Shown here: in pieces, positions 1 to 9,869 of the stretch | Position numbering within the stretch: the first letter of the stretch is position 1 | Layout of the letters: each line of letters opens with the position of its first letter | Assembly (NCBI GenBank): GCA_964527215.1 | Contig: CAZGNZ010000001.1 | Coordinates: 129,276-193,275 of the forward strand | Direction: 5' to 3' | Source: an uncultured bacterium | Lineage (GTDB): Bacteria; Fidelibacterota; Marinisomatia; SCGC-AAA003-L08; JACNLC01 | DNA length: 64,000 nt | Translations under genes and position numbers: made by a program | Notes under the pieces: model-generated | Told to the model about the DNA's origin: nothing | What the model saw: the letters and a program-made list of their open reading frames with translations, nothing else | Databases searched by the model: none

Positions 1-244
1 ATATGAGATTCATCAGGAGGAGGTGAATCTGGATGAAAAAATACGCTTCATCCTTGACAGAATTCAATCCGGAAGAAAAGCACTTTTTTCTGAAATCATG
101 TCTGAAATGCAGTCCAAACTGCATGTGATTGTTACGTTCATGGCCATTCTTGAATTGATGCGTAAGAAGCTCATCCAGGTGATTCAGGATGCAACATTCA
201 GTGAAATTGAGATTGTAAAAGGGAGTGAGGCAAAGGCGGAATAG
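1..244 (+). CDS. scpA: Segregation and condensation protein A (ScpA), C-terminal fragment; the 5' end lies outside the window
   Basis: The reading frame is open from the window edge (…YEIHQEEVNLDEKIRFILDRIQSG…FMAILELMRKKLIQV…). This resembles the ScpA C-terminal winged-helix region, and scpB lies directly downstream. Confidence 0.7.
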   Translation, partial: YEIHQEEVNLDEKIRFILDRIQSGRKALFSEIMSEMQSKLHVIVTFMAILELMRKKLIQVIQDATFSEIEIVKGSEAKAE

Positions 245-368
245 GAACAGCGCTGCATGGTGCCGGCACCTCCGAATTCGACCGCCGGATACGCCGGTTC
301 GGAATGAGAACCGATTTCACCCTCTTGCGACAGAAATCCAACATCCAACCAATAACTCGGCTTGAAAA

Positions 369-920
369 ATGAAAGATATTATTGAAGCATTATTGTTTGC
401 CAGTCCGGAACCGCTGACGCAGGCAAAGGTGTCTGCCGTTTTTCCTGATGAATCGGTGGACTTGCGGCAGATTGTAGAAAGCATCAATTCGGAATATGAG
501 ACCATGAATAAAGCACTGTTTGTGGCAGAGGTTGGCGGCGGGTATCAGATTCTGACCAAACCTGAGTACCAGATATATGTGAAAAGACTGTTCAGTAAAT
601 CCCGCAAACTGCTGCTGACGCGACCTGCGCTTGAAGCCCTTGCGGTGGTGGCATACCGTCAGCCCGTCAGCAAACTGGAAATTGAGAGTATTCGGGGTGT
701 GAACTGCGACAGCGTGATCCGCAGCCTTCTGGAGCGGGAAATGATTACTATCAAAGGACGCGACAGCGGACTGGGGCGGGCACTTTTATACGGGACAACC
801 AGACAGTTCCTTGAGGCTTTTGGGTTGAATTCTGTATCGGATCTTCCCAAACTGAAGGAACTCAGCGAACTGGTGGATGATGAAATTCAGCCAACGGAGC
901 AGAAACATGAGATTGAATAA
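369..920 (+). CDS. scpB: Segregation and condensation protein B (ScpB)
   Basis: The N-terminus MKDIIEALLFASPEPLT and the motifs …GGGYQILTKPEY…LTRPALEALAVVAYRQPVSKLEIESIRGV are the typical ScpB tandem winged-helix signature. Confidence 0.9.
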   Translation: MKDIIEALLFASPEPLTQAKVSAVFPDESVDLRQIVESINSEYETMNKALFVAEVGGGYQILTKPEYQIYVKRLFSKSRKLLLTRPALEALAVVAYRQPVSKLEIESIRGVNCDSVIRSLLEREMITIKGRDSGLGRALLYGTTRQFLEAFGLNSVSDLPKLKELSELVDDEIQPTEQKHEIE

Positions 921-1611
921 ATATCTGGCCAGAGCAGGAATTGCTTCCCGGCGAAAAAGCGATGAGCTGATCCAGGCTGGGAAAATAAAAATAAACGGAG
1001 CGGTCTGTTTTGATTTTTCCCGTCGAATCGGAGAAGATGATGTGGTTACTTATCAGGGGCGTACGCTGCAGGTGCGGCTGGAACGGGCTGTGTATCTGCT
1101 GCACAAACCTGCCGGGTATATTTCGACATCTGATGATCCCCAGAAACGAAAAACCGTACTGGATTTAATTGACTCCGCAGAAAGACTGTTCACCGTGGGA
1201 CGCCTGGATCGCGATACCACTGGTGCACTGGTGGTAACAAACGACGGGGATCTGGCCTACAAACTGACTCATCCCCGGTTTCAGATCGCAAAAAAATATC
1301 TGGTTTTGACTACACAGGATATCCCTGCCGGTCAGATTCACCAGCTGCGCTCCGGAATTCGTCTTGAGGACGGCAGTCTTGCCCGCGGGGAACTGAAGCG
1401 TGTCCACCGTGAAGGGAAAAATATCACCTGGGAAATTGTACTGCGGGAAGGTAAAAACCGCGAAGTAAAGCGAATTTTCCATGCATTGGGCAGTGAGGTG
1501 CAAAAACTACATCGTACAGAGTTCGCCGGTCTGTCCGCGGACAATCTCAAACCCGGGCGATACCGACGTTTAAGTGCCTCTGAAATCAGAAAACTTATAG
1601 CATTGAAATAA
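907..1611 (+). CDS. Pseudouridine synthase, RsuA/RluB family (S4 domain plus catalytic domain)
   Basis: MRLNKYLARAGIASRRKSDELIQAGKIKINGA is an S4 domain, and …VGRLDRDTTGALVVTNDG… is the catalytic Asp motif. I chose the ATG at 907 rather than the track start at 877; it overlaps the scpB stop. Confidence 0.85.
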   Translation: MRLNKYLARAGIASRRKSDELIQAGKIKINGAVCFDFSRRIGEDDVVTYQGRTLQVRLERAVYLLHKPAGYISTSDDPQKRKTVLDLIDSAERLFTVGRLDRDTTGALVVTNDGDLAYKLTHPRFQIAKKYLVLTTQDIPAGQIHQLRSGIRLEDGSLARGELKRVHREGKNITWEIVLREGKNREVKRIFHALGSEVQKLHRTEFAGLSADNLKPGRYRRLSASEIRKLIALK

Positions 1612-1665
1612 ATTTGTGTTTTCATGTAATATACTTGGCTTGATTTGTAGGGATTTTTTGAGAAT

Positions 1666-2316
1666 ATGATCATTGCCATTGACGGTCCGGCAGCATCCGG
1701 CAAAAGTACCACTGCAAAGCAGGTGGCGCAGAAACTTGGATTTCTTCATCTTGACACGGGTGCGATGTACCGGGCGGTGACGCTTCACTTTATACGATGC
1801 GGAGTGGATATTCAGTCAGAACAGGCTGTATCGGATAAACTTTCCGGTATTGACATTGAACTCACATCGAATGGCAGAGTCCTGCTGAATGGTGAAGATG
1901 TGTCCCTGGAAATCCGGAGTGATGCGGTCAGTCGGCAGGTAAGTCCTGTAAGTGCTGTCGGAATTGTCCGCGACGATCTTGTTGCCAGGCAGCGTCATTT
2001 GGCAGAACGCAATGATGTGGTAATGGAAGGCCGGGATATAGGCACCCGGGTATTTCCAGATGCCGATTTTAAATTTTTTATTACTGCGGATGTCCGGGAG
2101 CGCGGACACCGCCGTTTCATTGAACAGAAAGAGCGGGGCGGGAACGAACAGCTGGAAGATGTTATCAAGAAACTGGCAGAACGTGACCGGTATGATTCCA
2201 GCCGAAAGCATTCCCCGCTGAAAAAGGCACCTGATGCCGTAGAAATCGATACAACACAGCTGACAATTGCTGAACAGGTTTCGAAGATTATCGATTTCGT
2301 AAACACTAAACAATAG
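1666..2316 (+). CDS. cmk: Cytidylate kinase
   Basis: MIIAIDGPAASGKSTTAK is a P-loop, followed by …LDTGAMYRAVT…. The cmk-rpsA gene order is conserved in many bacteria. Confidence 0.9.
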   Translation: MIIAIDGPAASGKSTTAKQVAQKLGFLHLDTGAMYRAVTLHFIRCGVDIQSEQAVSDKLSGIDIELTSNGRVLLNGEDVSLEIRSDAVSRQVSPVSAVGIVRDDLVARQRHLAERNDVVMEGRDIGTRVFPDADFKFFITADVRERGHRRFIEQKERGGNEQLEDVIKKLAERDRYDSSRKHSPLKKAPDAVEIDTTQLTIAEQVSKIIDFVNTKQ

Positions 2317-2341
2317 AAACCGCAGGAGAATATTCCAACGT

Positions 2342-4453
2342 ATGAACATGGATGCAAACACTAACCAGGCTGATCTTCCGGAAGAAAAACCGGATTCGAT
2401 CGCCGCAACCCCGGATCCTGAGCCGGGAAATGAAACTGCAAACACCTCATCCAAGGACACGGCCACCGATGCAGCTGAAAAGAATTCTGAATTGGATTCC
2501 GAAAATGTTGTAAAGGTTGAAGTCGTTGAAAATGATGAGGATGATGATGAATTAGATGAGGCTGCAGAAGTTTCTCAGGAAGTTGTAACGCCGGAACCTG
2601 AACCAAAACCGGAACTGCCTGCAGTGAATTATCTGGATCCCGGTATTCTCAGTCCAAAGACCATTGAACTGGATGAACTGGAAAAATATTCAGAAGAGGA
2701 AGATCTTGCAGATATTGATGAGAAAATCCAGGATCTGTATGAAAATTCCTTTTCCGACATTCAGGAAGGAGAAGTGGTTACCGGCAGTATCGTGAATATC
2801 TCCGATCGGGACGTTTTCATAGACATCGGATTCAAATCTGAAGGAATCGTTCCAAGGCATGAGTTTAGTGATACACCCGAAATTGGTGATGAAGTGGAAG
2901 TATTTATTTCCAGCTTTGAAAATTCAGCCGGCCAGTTTGTACTGTCCAAAGAGAAAGCAGATTTTGCAAAACGCTGGAACGAACTTCGAAACTGCTTTGA
3001 AAGCGATGAAGTGGTTCAGGGTAAAATTGTCCGCCGCATCAAGGGCGGTATGGTGGTTAATCTGGAAGGTGTATTTGCCTTCCTGCCCGGTTCCCAAATC
3101 GATGTTCGACCGGTTACAGACTTCAATGAACATGTGGGTGCGGAATACGATTTCAAGATTGTCAAGTTTAATGAACTCCGTAAAAATATTGTATTGTCCA
3201 GAAAAGTGCTGCTGGAATCTGATCTGAGAGAGAAGAGACAGGAAATCATTTCTCAGCTTGAAGTAGGCATGGTGCTGGAAGGTACTGTCAAAAATATTAC
3301 GGACTTCGGTGCATTTATTGATCTGGGCGGCATTGACGGGCTGCTTCATCTCACAGATATTACATGGGGACGCATCAATCATCCGTCCGAAATGCTTAAA
3401 ATAGATGAAAATGTCACCGTTAAGGTAATCGACTTTGATATTGAAAAAGCGCATGTTTCGCTTGGTATGAAACAGCTTGTACCGGAACCATGGGAAGATG
3501 CCGAAAACAAGTATCCGGTGGAATCAGAAGTAACCGGAAGTGTTGTCAATATGATGAAGTACGGGGTGTTTGTAGAACTTGAAAAAGGCATTGAAGGTCT
3601 TATTCATGTTTCGGAAATGTCCTGGACCCGTCACATCAAGCATCCCAGTGAATTGTTCAAACTGGGCGATGTCATTAAGGCCAAAGTGCTGAGTGTGGAT
3701 CCCAAGGAGAAAAAAATATCTCTGGGTATCAAGCAGCTCTCAGCCAATCCCTGGGATGAAATTGAAACCAAGTATCCCATCGATTCAATTCACACCGGTG
3801 TGGTCCGGAATCTGACCCAGTTCGGCGCATTCGTGGAACTGGAAGAAGGCATTGACGGATTGGTTCATGTGTCTGATATGTCATGGACGAAAAATATCCG
3901 TCATCCCAAGGATGTTCTGAAACGCGGTCAGGAAGTTCAGGTGAAAATCCTGGATGTTTCCAGCGAAAATCGCCGTTTGTCCCTGGGTATCAAACAGGTT
4001 GAGTCGGATCCCTGGCCGAATCTGAAATCAATATACACTGCCGGCACGGTGGTGAAGGGTGAAGTGATCAGAGCACTGGATAAAGGCATTATTTTCCAGT
4101 TGGATCATGATTTAGAAGGTATCGTTCCTTTGAAACGGGTTCCCAAGCATGACCGAAAGATGATCAAGACCCGCTTCAAACCCGGTTCAGAGCACGAAGT
4201 AGTGGTTCAGGAAGTTGATCAGGAATATAAAAAGGTCATTCTGATGGTTGAATGGGAAGGCAGCACCGATATGGATGGTGAAGTCGTCCGTGAGAAGAAG
4301 AAAAAAGCCATTCGCAATGAGCCGACCTCCGATAAGCTTGAAATCCCCCAGGATATCATTGACTCGATTGCTCAGTCGGAACGGGAAGAGGAAGCATCCT
4401 CCACCGCTTCTGAATCCGAGCCAAAGTCTGAACCTGAAAAGGACGCTGAATAA
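2342..4453 (+). CDS. rpsA: 30S ribosomal protein S1 with a long acidic N-terminal extension
   Basis: It contains repeated S1 domains (…GEVVTGSIVNISDRDVFIDIGFKSEGIVP…, …GTVKNITDFGAFIDLGGIDGLLHLTDITW…, …GVVRNLTQFGAFVELEEGIDGLVHVSDMSW…). The first ~130 aa are D/E/P-rich and low-complexity. Confidence 0.9.
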   Translation: MNMDANTNQADLPEEKPDSIAATPDPEPGNETANTSSKDTATDAAEKNSELDSENVVKVEVVENDEDDDELDEAAEVSQEVVTPEPEPKPELPAVNYLDPGILSPKTIELDELEKYSEEEDLADIDEKIQDLYENSFSDIQEGEVVTGSIVNISDRDVFIDIGFKSEGIVPRHEFSDTPEIGDEVEVFISSFENSAGQFVLSKEKADFAKRWNELRNCFESDEVVQGKIVRRIKGGMVVNLEGVFAFLPGSQIDVRPVTDFNEHVGAEYDFKIVKFNELRKNIVLSRKVLLESDLREKRQEIISQLEVGMVLEGTVKNITDFGAFIDLGGIDGLLHLTDITWGRINHPSEMLKIDENVTVKVIDFDIEKAHVSLGMKQLVPEPWEDAENKYPVESEVTGSVVNMMKYGVFVELEKGIEGLIHVSEMSWTRHIKHPSELFKLGDVIKAKVLSVDPKEKKISLGIKQLSANPWDEIETKYPIDSIHTGVVRNLTQFGAFVELEEGIDGLVHVSDMSWTKNIRHPKDVLKRGQEVQVKILDVSSENRRLSLGIKQVESDPWPNLKSIYTAGTVVKGEVIRALDKGIIFQLDHDLEGIVPLKRVPKHDRKMIKTRFKPGSEHEVVVQEVDQEYKKVILMVEWEGSTDMDGEVVREKKKKAIRNEPTSDKLEIPQDIIDSIAQSEREEEASSTASESEPKSEPEKDAE

Positions 4454-4474
4454 ACCGCTGATCTGCAGCATTTT

Positions 4475-4510
4475 GGGGCGTGGAACATCAACTTCCAGGC
4501 CCCTTTTTAT
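4475..4510 (+). terminator. Rho-independent terminator after rpsA
   Basis: The stem GGGGCGTGGAA (loop CATCAAC) TTCCAGGCCCC has one mismatch and is followed by TTTTTATTT, 20 nt after the rpsA stop. Confidence 0.6.
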
Positions 4511-4533
4511 TTCATCCGTCAGCTGGCTGTCTG

Positions 4534-4590
4534 CACGCCAGAGGCGCATAAACACGCCAGAGGCGCATCAACACGCCAGAGGTGCATAAA
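4534..4590. repeat. Three perfect-to-near-perfect tandem copies of a 19-nt unit, CACGCCAGAGGCGCAT(A/C)AA
   Basis: The copies sit at 4534-4552, 4553-4571 and 4572-4590. They are bracketed by the inverted arms TCCGTCA (4515-4521) and TGACGGA (4601-4607). The region is intergenic between rpsA and tsaD. Confidence 0.85.
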
Positions 4591-4792
4591 TCAGCTGGTA
4601 TGACGGACAGATGTGCCCGGCTAAGTTCCCTGTGACTTGACACGGAATCCGGGATCCAGGGCTTGCCTGGGGTGTATCCCATTTGATTCCGACCTTTATC
4701 AAACCTGCCGGAACTGATCGCGGCAGTTGATCATATCAGTTCACTCAGCCGTTAGGCTTCTCTGTAAAACAATAAAACCAATAAACCCTGCT

Positions 4793-5794
4793 ATGCTGAT
4801 ACTGGGACTTGAAACTTCTTGTGATGAGACTTCGGCAGCCGTGCTGGAAAACGGTTTGCTGCGTTCGATGGTGGTGCGAACCCAGGAAATTCACAAACTG
4901 TACGGAGGTGTTGTGCCGGAGGAAGCATCCCGGCAGCATGTTCTGCAGATTACGGAAATTACGGAAAAAGCGCTTCGGCGTGCGGATGTATCCGGAAATG
5001 ATCTTGACGCCATCGCGGTTACCTATGGTGCCGGCCTGATGGGCGCGCTGCTGGTCGGACTGAATTTTGCCAAAGGTCTGTCACTGGGATGGAAAATTCC
5101 CTTTCTGGGCGTCAATCACATGGAAGGACACCTCAGTGCAAATTTCATTGACAATCCGGATTTTGGCTATCCGTTTCTCTGTCTGCTGGTTTCCGGGGGG
5201 CATACTCAAATATGGAAAGTTCTGAATTTTGGTGAATATGAGCTGATGGGTCAGACTCGTGATGATGCTGCCGGTGAAGCGTTTGATAAAGGAGCCCGCA
5301 TACTCGGGCTGGGGTATCCGGGCGGTCCGGAGATTGAAAAAAAATCTGTTGGCGGCGACTGCCGACTGTTTCGTTTTACCAAACCGGTGGTCCGGGGCGC
5401 GGAGCTTGATTTTTCCTTTTCCGGATTAAAAACCGCCCTTCTGTACAAGGTCCGTGAAATGGATCGGGAACAAATCCGTGTAAACCTGCACCATATCTGC
5501 GCGGGATATCAGGAAATTATTATCGATACGCTTCTGGACCGTGTCCGGAAAGCTGCCGGACAGTCCGGAATACGCAGAATCGCAGTGGCAGGCGGTGTGG
5601 CAGCAAACAGTCGGTTTCGCGAGAAAGCGGGAAACCTGGCAGAGCAGCATCAGCTGGACATCCATTTTCCGGCACTGAAATACTGTACAGACAATGCTGC
5701 AATGATTGCCATGGCCGGTTATGAGCGGCTTCGAAGCGGGGAAATTTCCACACTTGATCTCATTGCAGTTCCAAATCTTTCATTGGCAGGGTAA
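4793..5794 (+). CDS. tsaD: tRNA N6-adenosine threonylcarbamoyltransferase (TsaD/Kae1/Gcp)
   Basis: MLILGLETSCDETSAAV…GVNHMEGHL…LLVSGGHTQ… are canonical TsaD motifs. I chose the ATG at 4793 over the track's TTG at 4727. Confidence 0.9.
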   Translation: MLILGLETSCDETSAAVLENGLLRSMVVRTQEIHKLYGGVVPEEASRQHVLQITEITEKALRRADVSGNDLDAIAVTYGAGLMGALLVGLNFAKGLSLGWKIPFLGVNHMEGHLSANFIDNPDFGYPFLCLLVSGGHTQIWKVLNFGEYELMGQTRDDAAGEAFDKGARILGLGYPGGPEIEKKSVGGDCRLFRFTKPVVRGAELDFSFSGLKTALLYKVREMDREQIRVNLHHICAGYQEIIIDTLLDRVRKAAGQSGIRRIAVAGGVAANSRFREKAGNLAEQHQLDIHFPALKYCTDNAAMIAMAGYERLRSGEISTLDLIAVPNLSLAG

Positions 5795-5796
5795 AT

Positions 5797-7857
5797 ATGA
5801 TTTCATTTTCAGTACAGGGCAGCCTTTCTGTTTTTATTCTGCTTACAATTTTGTCCGTATACCTTATCTACCGCTATCATTTTGCTGTGAAAGCAAAACC
5901 GTTGGTTTTGCGAATATTTATGATCACAATCCGTTTTCTTGTAATGCTGACATCCTTGCTGCTCGTTCTAAATCTGATGATACACTGGTGGGGAAAACAC
6001 CCGGAAAACCCGGCTGTTGCCATGTATATCGACCAGTCCCTCAGCATGAACTCCATGGTACCCGATACGGATGATTTTTCAGAAAAAATCGAAGCACTGA
6101 AAAACCGAATTTCAGAATTCACTGATATCCTTGATATAAAAGGGTTTGACCAAACTGTATCCACAGTTGATGACGGCAGTGGTTTGTTCTTTGATGGTGA
6201 ACAGACGCGGTTTCAGCCTGTCATGGATGATATCAGGGAAAATCATTATCATCACAGTTTCATTGTTTCTGACGGTATCATTTCTGCCGGACCGGAAATA
6301 AAAGCACTGAAGTGGCCCGGACAGCAGACAATCCATACCATTGGTGTGGGTCAGCAGCGCAGCGATGCTGATTTCTGGATAAATGACGTTGTCCATCCCA
6401 ATTCCATTGTTGAGGGAGATTCTGTTGACCTGGTGATCAGTGCCGGATTTATGACAGAGGATGAGTATCGTTCAGAATTACAGGTGAAATCCGGCGGCAG
6501 AGTGGTGTACAGCCAGCCGTTGGATTTTAGTACCGGCAATGGATATCGTGAATTAGAGGTTCGGATTCCAAGTGACAAGCTGGATGAGCATCTGTCCGTT
6601 GAACTGGTATCAGCCGTCGAAGATGCGCGTCCGGAAAATGATGAGTATCATTTCCAGATTGATCTGCTGTCGCGAAAAGAGAATGTCCTTTTTATCACTG
6701 GCCTCCTCTCTGATAATACTCATTTTATTAAATCGGTTTTATCAAAACTTCCGCGAATTGACCTTTCCGTGCATTACAGGGTCAATACCCAGCAGTGGAA
6801 TGAACATCCGTCTGTCGGACTGGCAAAAAATCCCCGTCTGATTGTACTGGATAATTTCCCGGGTACCCCGGCAGACCGCACGTTTTTGACTGAAATAACC
6901 GATTACTGTGAAATAAACCAGATTCCGCTGCAGTATTTTGAAGGTCCTGCAGGGTCCGGTATTACTGCGGGATTGTTTGGGGCCGAGTTTGGATACCAGC
7001 TGGCAAGCCGGCCAAAAAAAACACTTATTAATATCGAGAGAAGTCTGCAGACATCAGGATTTGTCAGTTTTCGGGACCTGGAATTGATCCCACCTCAGAA
7101 AACGAACCACAAATGGGTGGTTCCGCGGTCCGATGTTCTGCTTGGATTTTCCGATGATTCCCCGGTTCTGGTCAGAAACACACGCCGGTTCCCGCTGACT
7201 GCGCTGTTCATGCCGGAACTGGCCCGGACCCATTTGAAAATCCAGCCATCGCCCCAGGCTCTGCTCCTTGAAAACCTGATTCACAACCTTTTGCTTTCCG
7301 ATTTTGTAAATGACGGCGGTCTGGTAAGATTATCAACAGACAGGACCAACTATTATCCGGGAGACGTGATTCAGGTAACGGCGGAAGTAAACAGAGCGGT
7401 TCAATCCCGGCCGACCCACATGCGTCTACTGGTGCTGGATGAATCAGGTCAGCAGATCGACAGTGTTGCGATGGAACCTGTGATAGGCACCCGGCAGTTT
7501 GCAACACATCTGCCTGCCGACGGAACCGGTCAGTGGAAGCTGAAATCAGAAATTCACTGGGACAGCGGTGAAACAGAACAGTCAGAAATCAAGACCGTCA
7601 CCATGCAGACCGTTCATCTGGAAGAAAAAATACTGACACCGGATTTTGACGGTCTGGCGCAGATTTCCCAAATGACTGGAGGGATGTACCGTCATATTGA
7701 GCAATTGGATTCTCTGCTGGACAATATTAAACTTACAGCTGTGCAGAATCCGTTTGATAATCGCTTCAGCGGACTGGATGTTCTGCCGTATCTGTGGATT
7801 TTAATTTTGCTGCTGACCATTGAGTGGATTATCAGAAAACGGGCCGGCCTGCTCTAG
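5797..7857 (+). CDS. Large membrane protein of unknown function (N-terminal double-TM segment, vWA-like DxSxS motif, C-terminal TM anchor)
   Basis: Two N-terminal hydrophobic helices are followed by VAMYIDQSLSMN (MIDAS-like DxSxS). There is a C-terminal helix, VLPYLWILILLLTIEWII. No confident family assignment is possible by eye. Confidence 0.45.
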   Translation: MISFSVQGSLSVFILLTILSVYLIYRYHFAVKAKPLVLRIFMITIRFLVMLTSLLLVLNLMIHWWGKHPENPAVAMYIDQSLSMNSMVPDTDDFSEKIEALKNRISEFTDILDIKGFDQTVSTVDDGSGLFFDGEQTRFQPVMDDIRENHYHHSFIVSDGIISAGPEIKALKWPGQQTIHTIGVGQQRSDADFWINDVVHPNSIVEGDSVDLVISAGFMTEDEYRSELQVKSGGRVVYSQPLDFSTGNGYRELEVRIPSDKLDEHLSVELVSAVEDARPENDEYHFQIDLLSRKENVLFITGLLSDNTHFIKSVLSKLPRIDLSVHYRVNTQQWNEHPSVGLAKNPRLIVLDNFPGTPADRTFLTEITDYCEINQIPLQYFEGPAGSGITAGLFGAEFGYQLASRPKKTLINIERSLQTSGFVSFRDLELIPPQKTNHKWVVPRSDVLLGFSDDSPVLVRNTRRFPLTALFMPELARTHLKIQPSPQALLLENLIHNLLLSDFVNDGGLVRLSTDRTNYYPGDVIQVTAEVNRAVQSRPTHMRLLVLDESGQQIDSVAMEPVIGTRQFATHLPADGTGQWKLKSEIHWDSGETEQSEIKTVTMQTVHLEEKILTPDFDGLAQISQMTGGMYRHIEQLDSLLDNIKLTAVQNPFDNRFSGLDVLPYLWILILLLTIEWIIRKRAGLL

Positions 7858-7941
7858 CACAATATAGGGTTGGGAAAACAAAATAATAGTTTGCAATATA
7901 GCACAAGTTAAATCAATCTGTAATAAAAGAGGATTTTTTCA

Positions 7942-9000
7942 ATGAGTAGAAAAATAATTGTCACCGGAGGTTCAGGATTCATCGGCAGTAATTTTATCCT
8001 CCAGCAAATCCGGTCGACAGAAAATAATATTATTAATCTGGATAAACTGACATATGCCGGAAATCCTGAAACCCTGGCGCACCTTGAGAACCACGAGCGC
8101 TATGAATTCGTTCTGGGGGATATTACGGACAAAAATCTGATCCGCGAGACATTCCGTCGGTTCCAGCCGGATGCAGTGGTGCATTTTGCCGCTGAATCGC
8201 ATGTGGACCGTTCCATCGATGCTGCAGATGACTTCATTCAAACGAATATTGTCGGTACATTCACACTCCTGCAGGAATCATTGGGCTATTACCGTGAACT
8301 TGAAGAAGGACGTAAGAACGATTTTCGCTTTGTACATGTATCAACGGATGAGGTGTTCGGCTCCCTCGGACCTGATGGATATTTTACCGAAGTCACAGCA
8401 TATGATCCCCGTTCTCCCTATTCCGCCTCCAAGGCTGCATCGGATCATCTGGTGCGGGCATGGTATCACACATACGGGCTGCCTGTCCTGCTGACAAACT
8501 GCTCAAATAATTATGGTCCGTACCAGTTTCCCGAAAAGCTGATCCCCTTGATGATCATCAAGTGTCTGGATGAGCAGCCGTTGCCGGTGTATGGAAAGGG
8601 TGACAATGTCCGGGACTGGATTTATGTGGATGATCACTGCAGTGCAGTATATACAGTTCTGAAGACCGGAAAAACGGGCGAAACATATGTGATTGGCGGG
8701 AAAAGCGAGAAAAAAAATATTGAAGTTGTCACCACCATTTGCGATATCCTTGATGAGATAAAACCGCGGACCGGCGGCGGAACCTATCGGGATCTGATCA
8801 CCTATGTGGAAGATCGGCCGGGGCATGATCAGCGGTATGCTATTGATCCCGCAAAAATTTCGCAGGAACTGGAATGGACGCCCGCAGAGAATTTCACAGA
8901 CGGTATTCGTTTGACAGTGCAGTGGTATCTGGAACATCAGAAATGGTGGAAAAATATCCAGGAAAATAAGTATCAGCAGCAAAGATTGGGAGTTATCTGA
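7942..9000 (+). CDS. rfbB: dTDP-glucose 4,6-dehydratase
   Basis: [14 protein letters not shown] is a Rossmann motif, and …STDEVFG…[15 protein letters not shown]… is the SDR YxxxK catalytic motif. The protein is typical RmlB throughout. Confidence 0.95.
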   Translation: MSRKIIVTGGSGFIGSNFILQQIRSTENNIINLDKLTYAGNPETLAHLENHERYEFVLGDITDKNLIRETFRRFQPDAVVHFAAESHVDRSIDAADDFIQTNIVGTFTLLQESLGYYRELEEGRKNDFRFVHVSTDEVFGSLGPDGYFTEVTAYDPRSPYSASKAASDHLVRAWYHTYGLPVLLTNCSNNYGPYQFPEKLIPLMIIKCLDEQPLPVYGKGDNVRDWIYVDDHCSAVYTVLKTGKTGETYVIGGKSEKKNIEVVTTICDILDEIKPRTGGGTYRDLITYVEDRPGHDQRYAIDPAKISQELEWTPAENFTDGIRLTVQWYLEHQKWWKNIQENKYQQQRLGVI

Positions 9001-9002
9001 TT

Positions 9003-9869
9003 ATGAAAGGGATAATTTTAGCAGGCGGCGCGGGAACCCGGCTTCATCCTCTGTCCAGGATTGTCAGCAAGCAGCTGATGCCGGTGTATGATAAACCGAT
9101 GATTTACTATCCGCTGTCCACACTGATGCTGATGGGAATTCGGGATGTTCTGATAATCTCGACCCCGGAAGACACCCCTCGGTTTGAAGAATTACTGGGT
9201 GACGGTTCCGAGCTCGGAATGTCATTCAGTTACAAAATCCAGCCCGAACCCAAGGGAATAGCTCAGGCATTTCTTATTGGCGAAGAGTTTATCGGCGACG
9301 AGCCGGTAACTCTGATTCTGGGAGACAATCTTTTTTATGGTCACGGATATCTGGATTTTCTGAATCAGACAATGATCAATTTTTCGGGCGCGCTTGTTTT
9401 CGGTTATTGGGTCAAGGATCCGGAGAGATATGGCGTAGTGGATTTTGATGCGAATGGAAAAGTACTTAGTATTGAGGAAAAACCGTCTCATCCAAAAACC
9501 AGTTATGCCGTTCCCGGTCTGTATATTTATGATAATCAGGTGGTGTCCATTGCCAAATCCATCCAACCCTCTGCGAGAGGTGAATTGGAAATAACCGATG
9601 TAAATATGGAATACCTGAAGAAAGCACAGCTGCAGGTTAAGGTTTTGGGACGCGGAGTGGCATGGCTGGATACGGGAACCCATAAAAGTCTGCTTGAAGC
9701 AGGCTCGTTCATCGAGACCATCGAGGCCAGACAAGGACTTAAAGTAGGCTGCATAGAAGAAATTGCTATGAACCAGGGATTTATTTCAAAAGAGGAGTAC
9801 ATCGAACTGGTTGACACGTATCCGAAAAATGAATACCGGAATTATCTGGAAGGAATTTTGGATAGATGA
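9003..9869 (+). CDS. rfbA: Glucose-1-phosphate thymidylyltransferase
   Basis: [42 protein letters not shown] is a canonical RmlA N-terminus. Confidence 0.95.
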   Translation: MKGIILAGGAGTRLHPLSRIVSKQLMPVYDKPMIYYPLSTLMLMGIRDVLIISTPEDTPRFEELLGDGSELGMSFSYKIQPEPKGIAQAFLIGEEFIGDEPVTLILGDNLFYGHGYLDFLNQTMINFSGALVFGYWVKDPERYGVVDFDANGKVLSIEEKPSHPKTSYAVPGLYIYDNQVVSIAKSIQPSARGELEITDVNMEYLKKAQLQVKVLGRGVAWLDTGTHKSLLEAGSFIETIEARQGLKVGCIEEIAMNQGFISKEEYIELVDTYPKNEYRNYLEGILDR

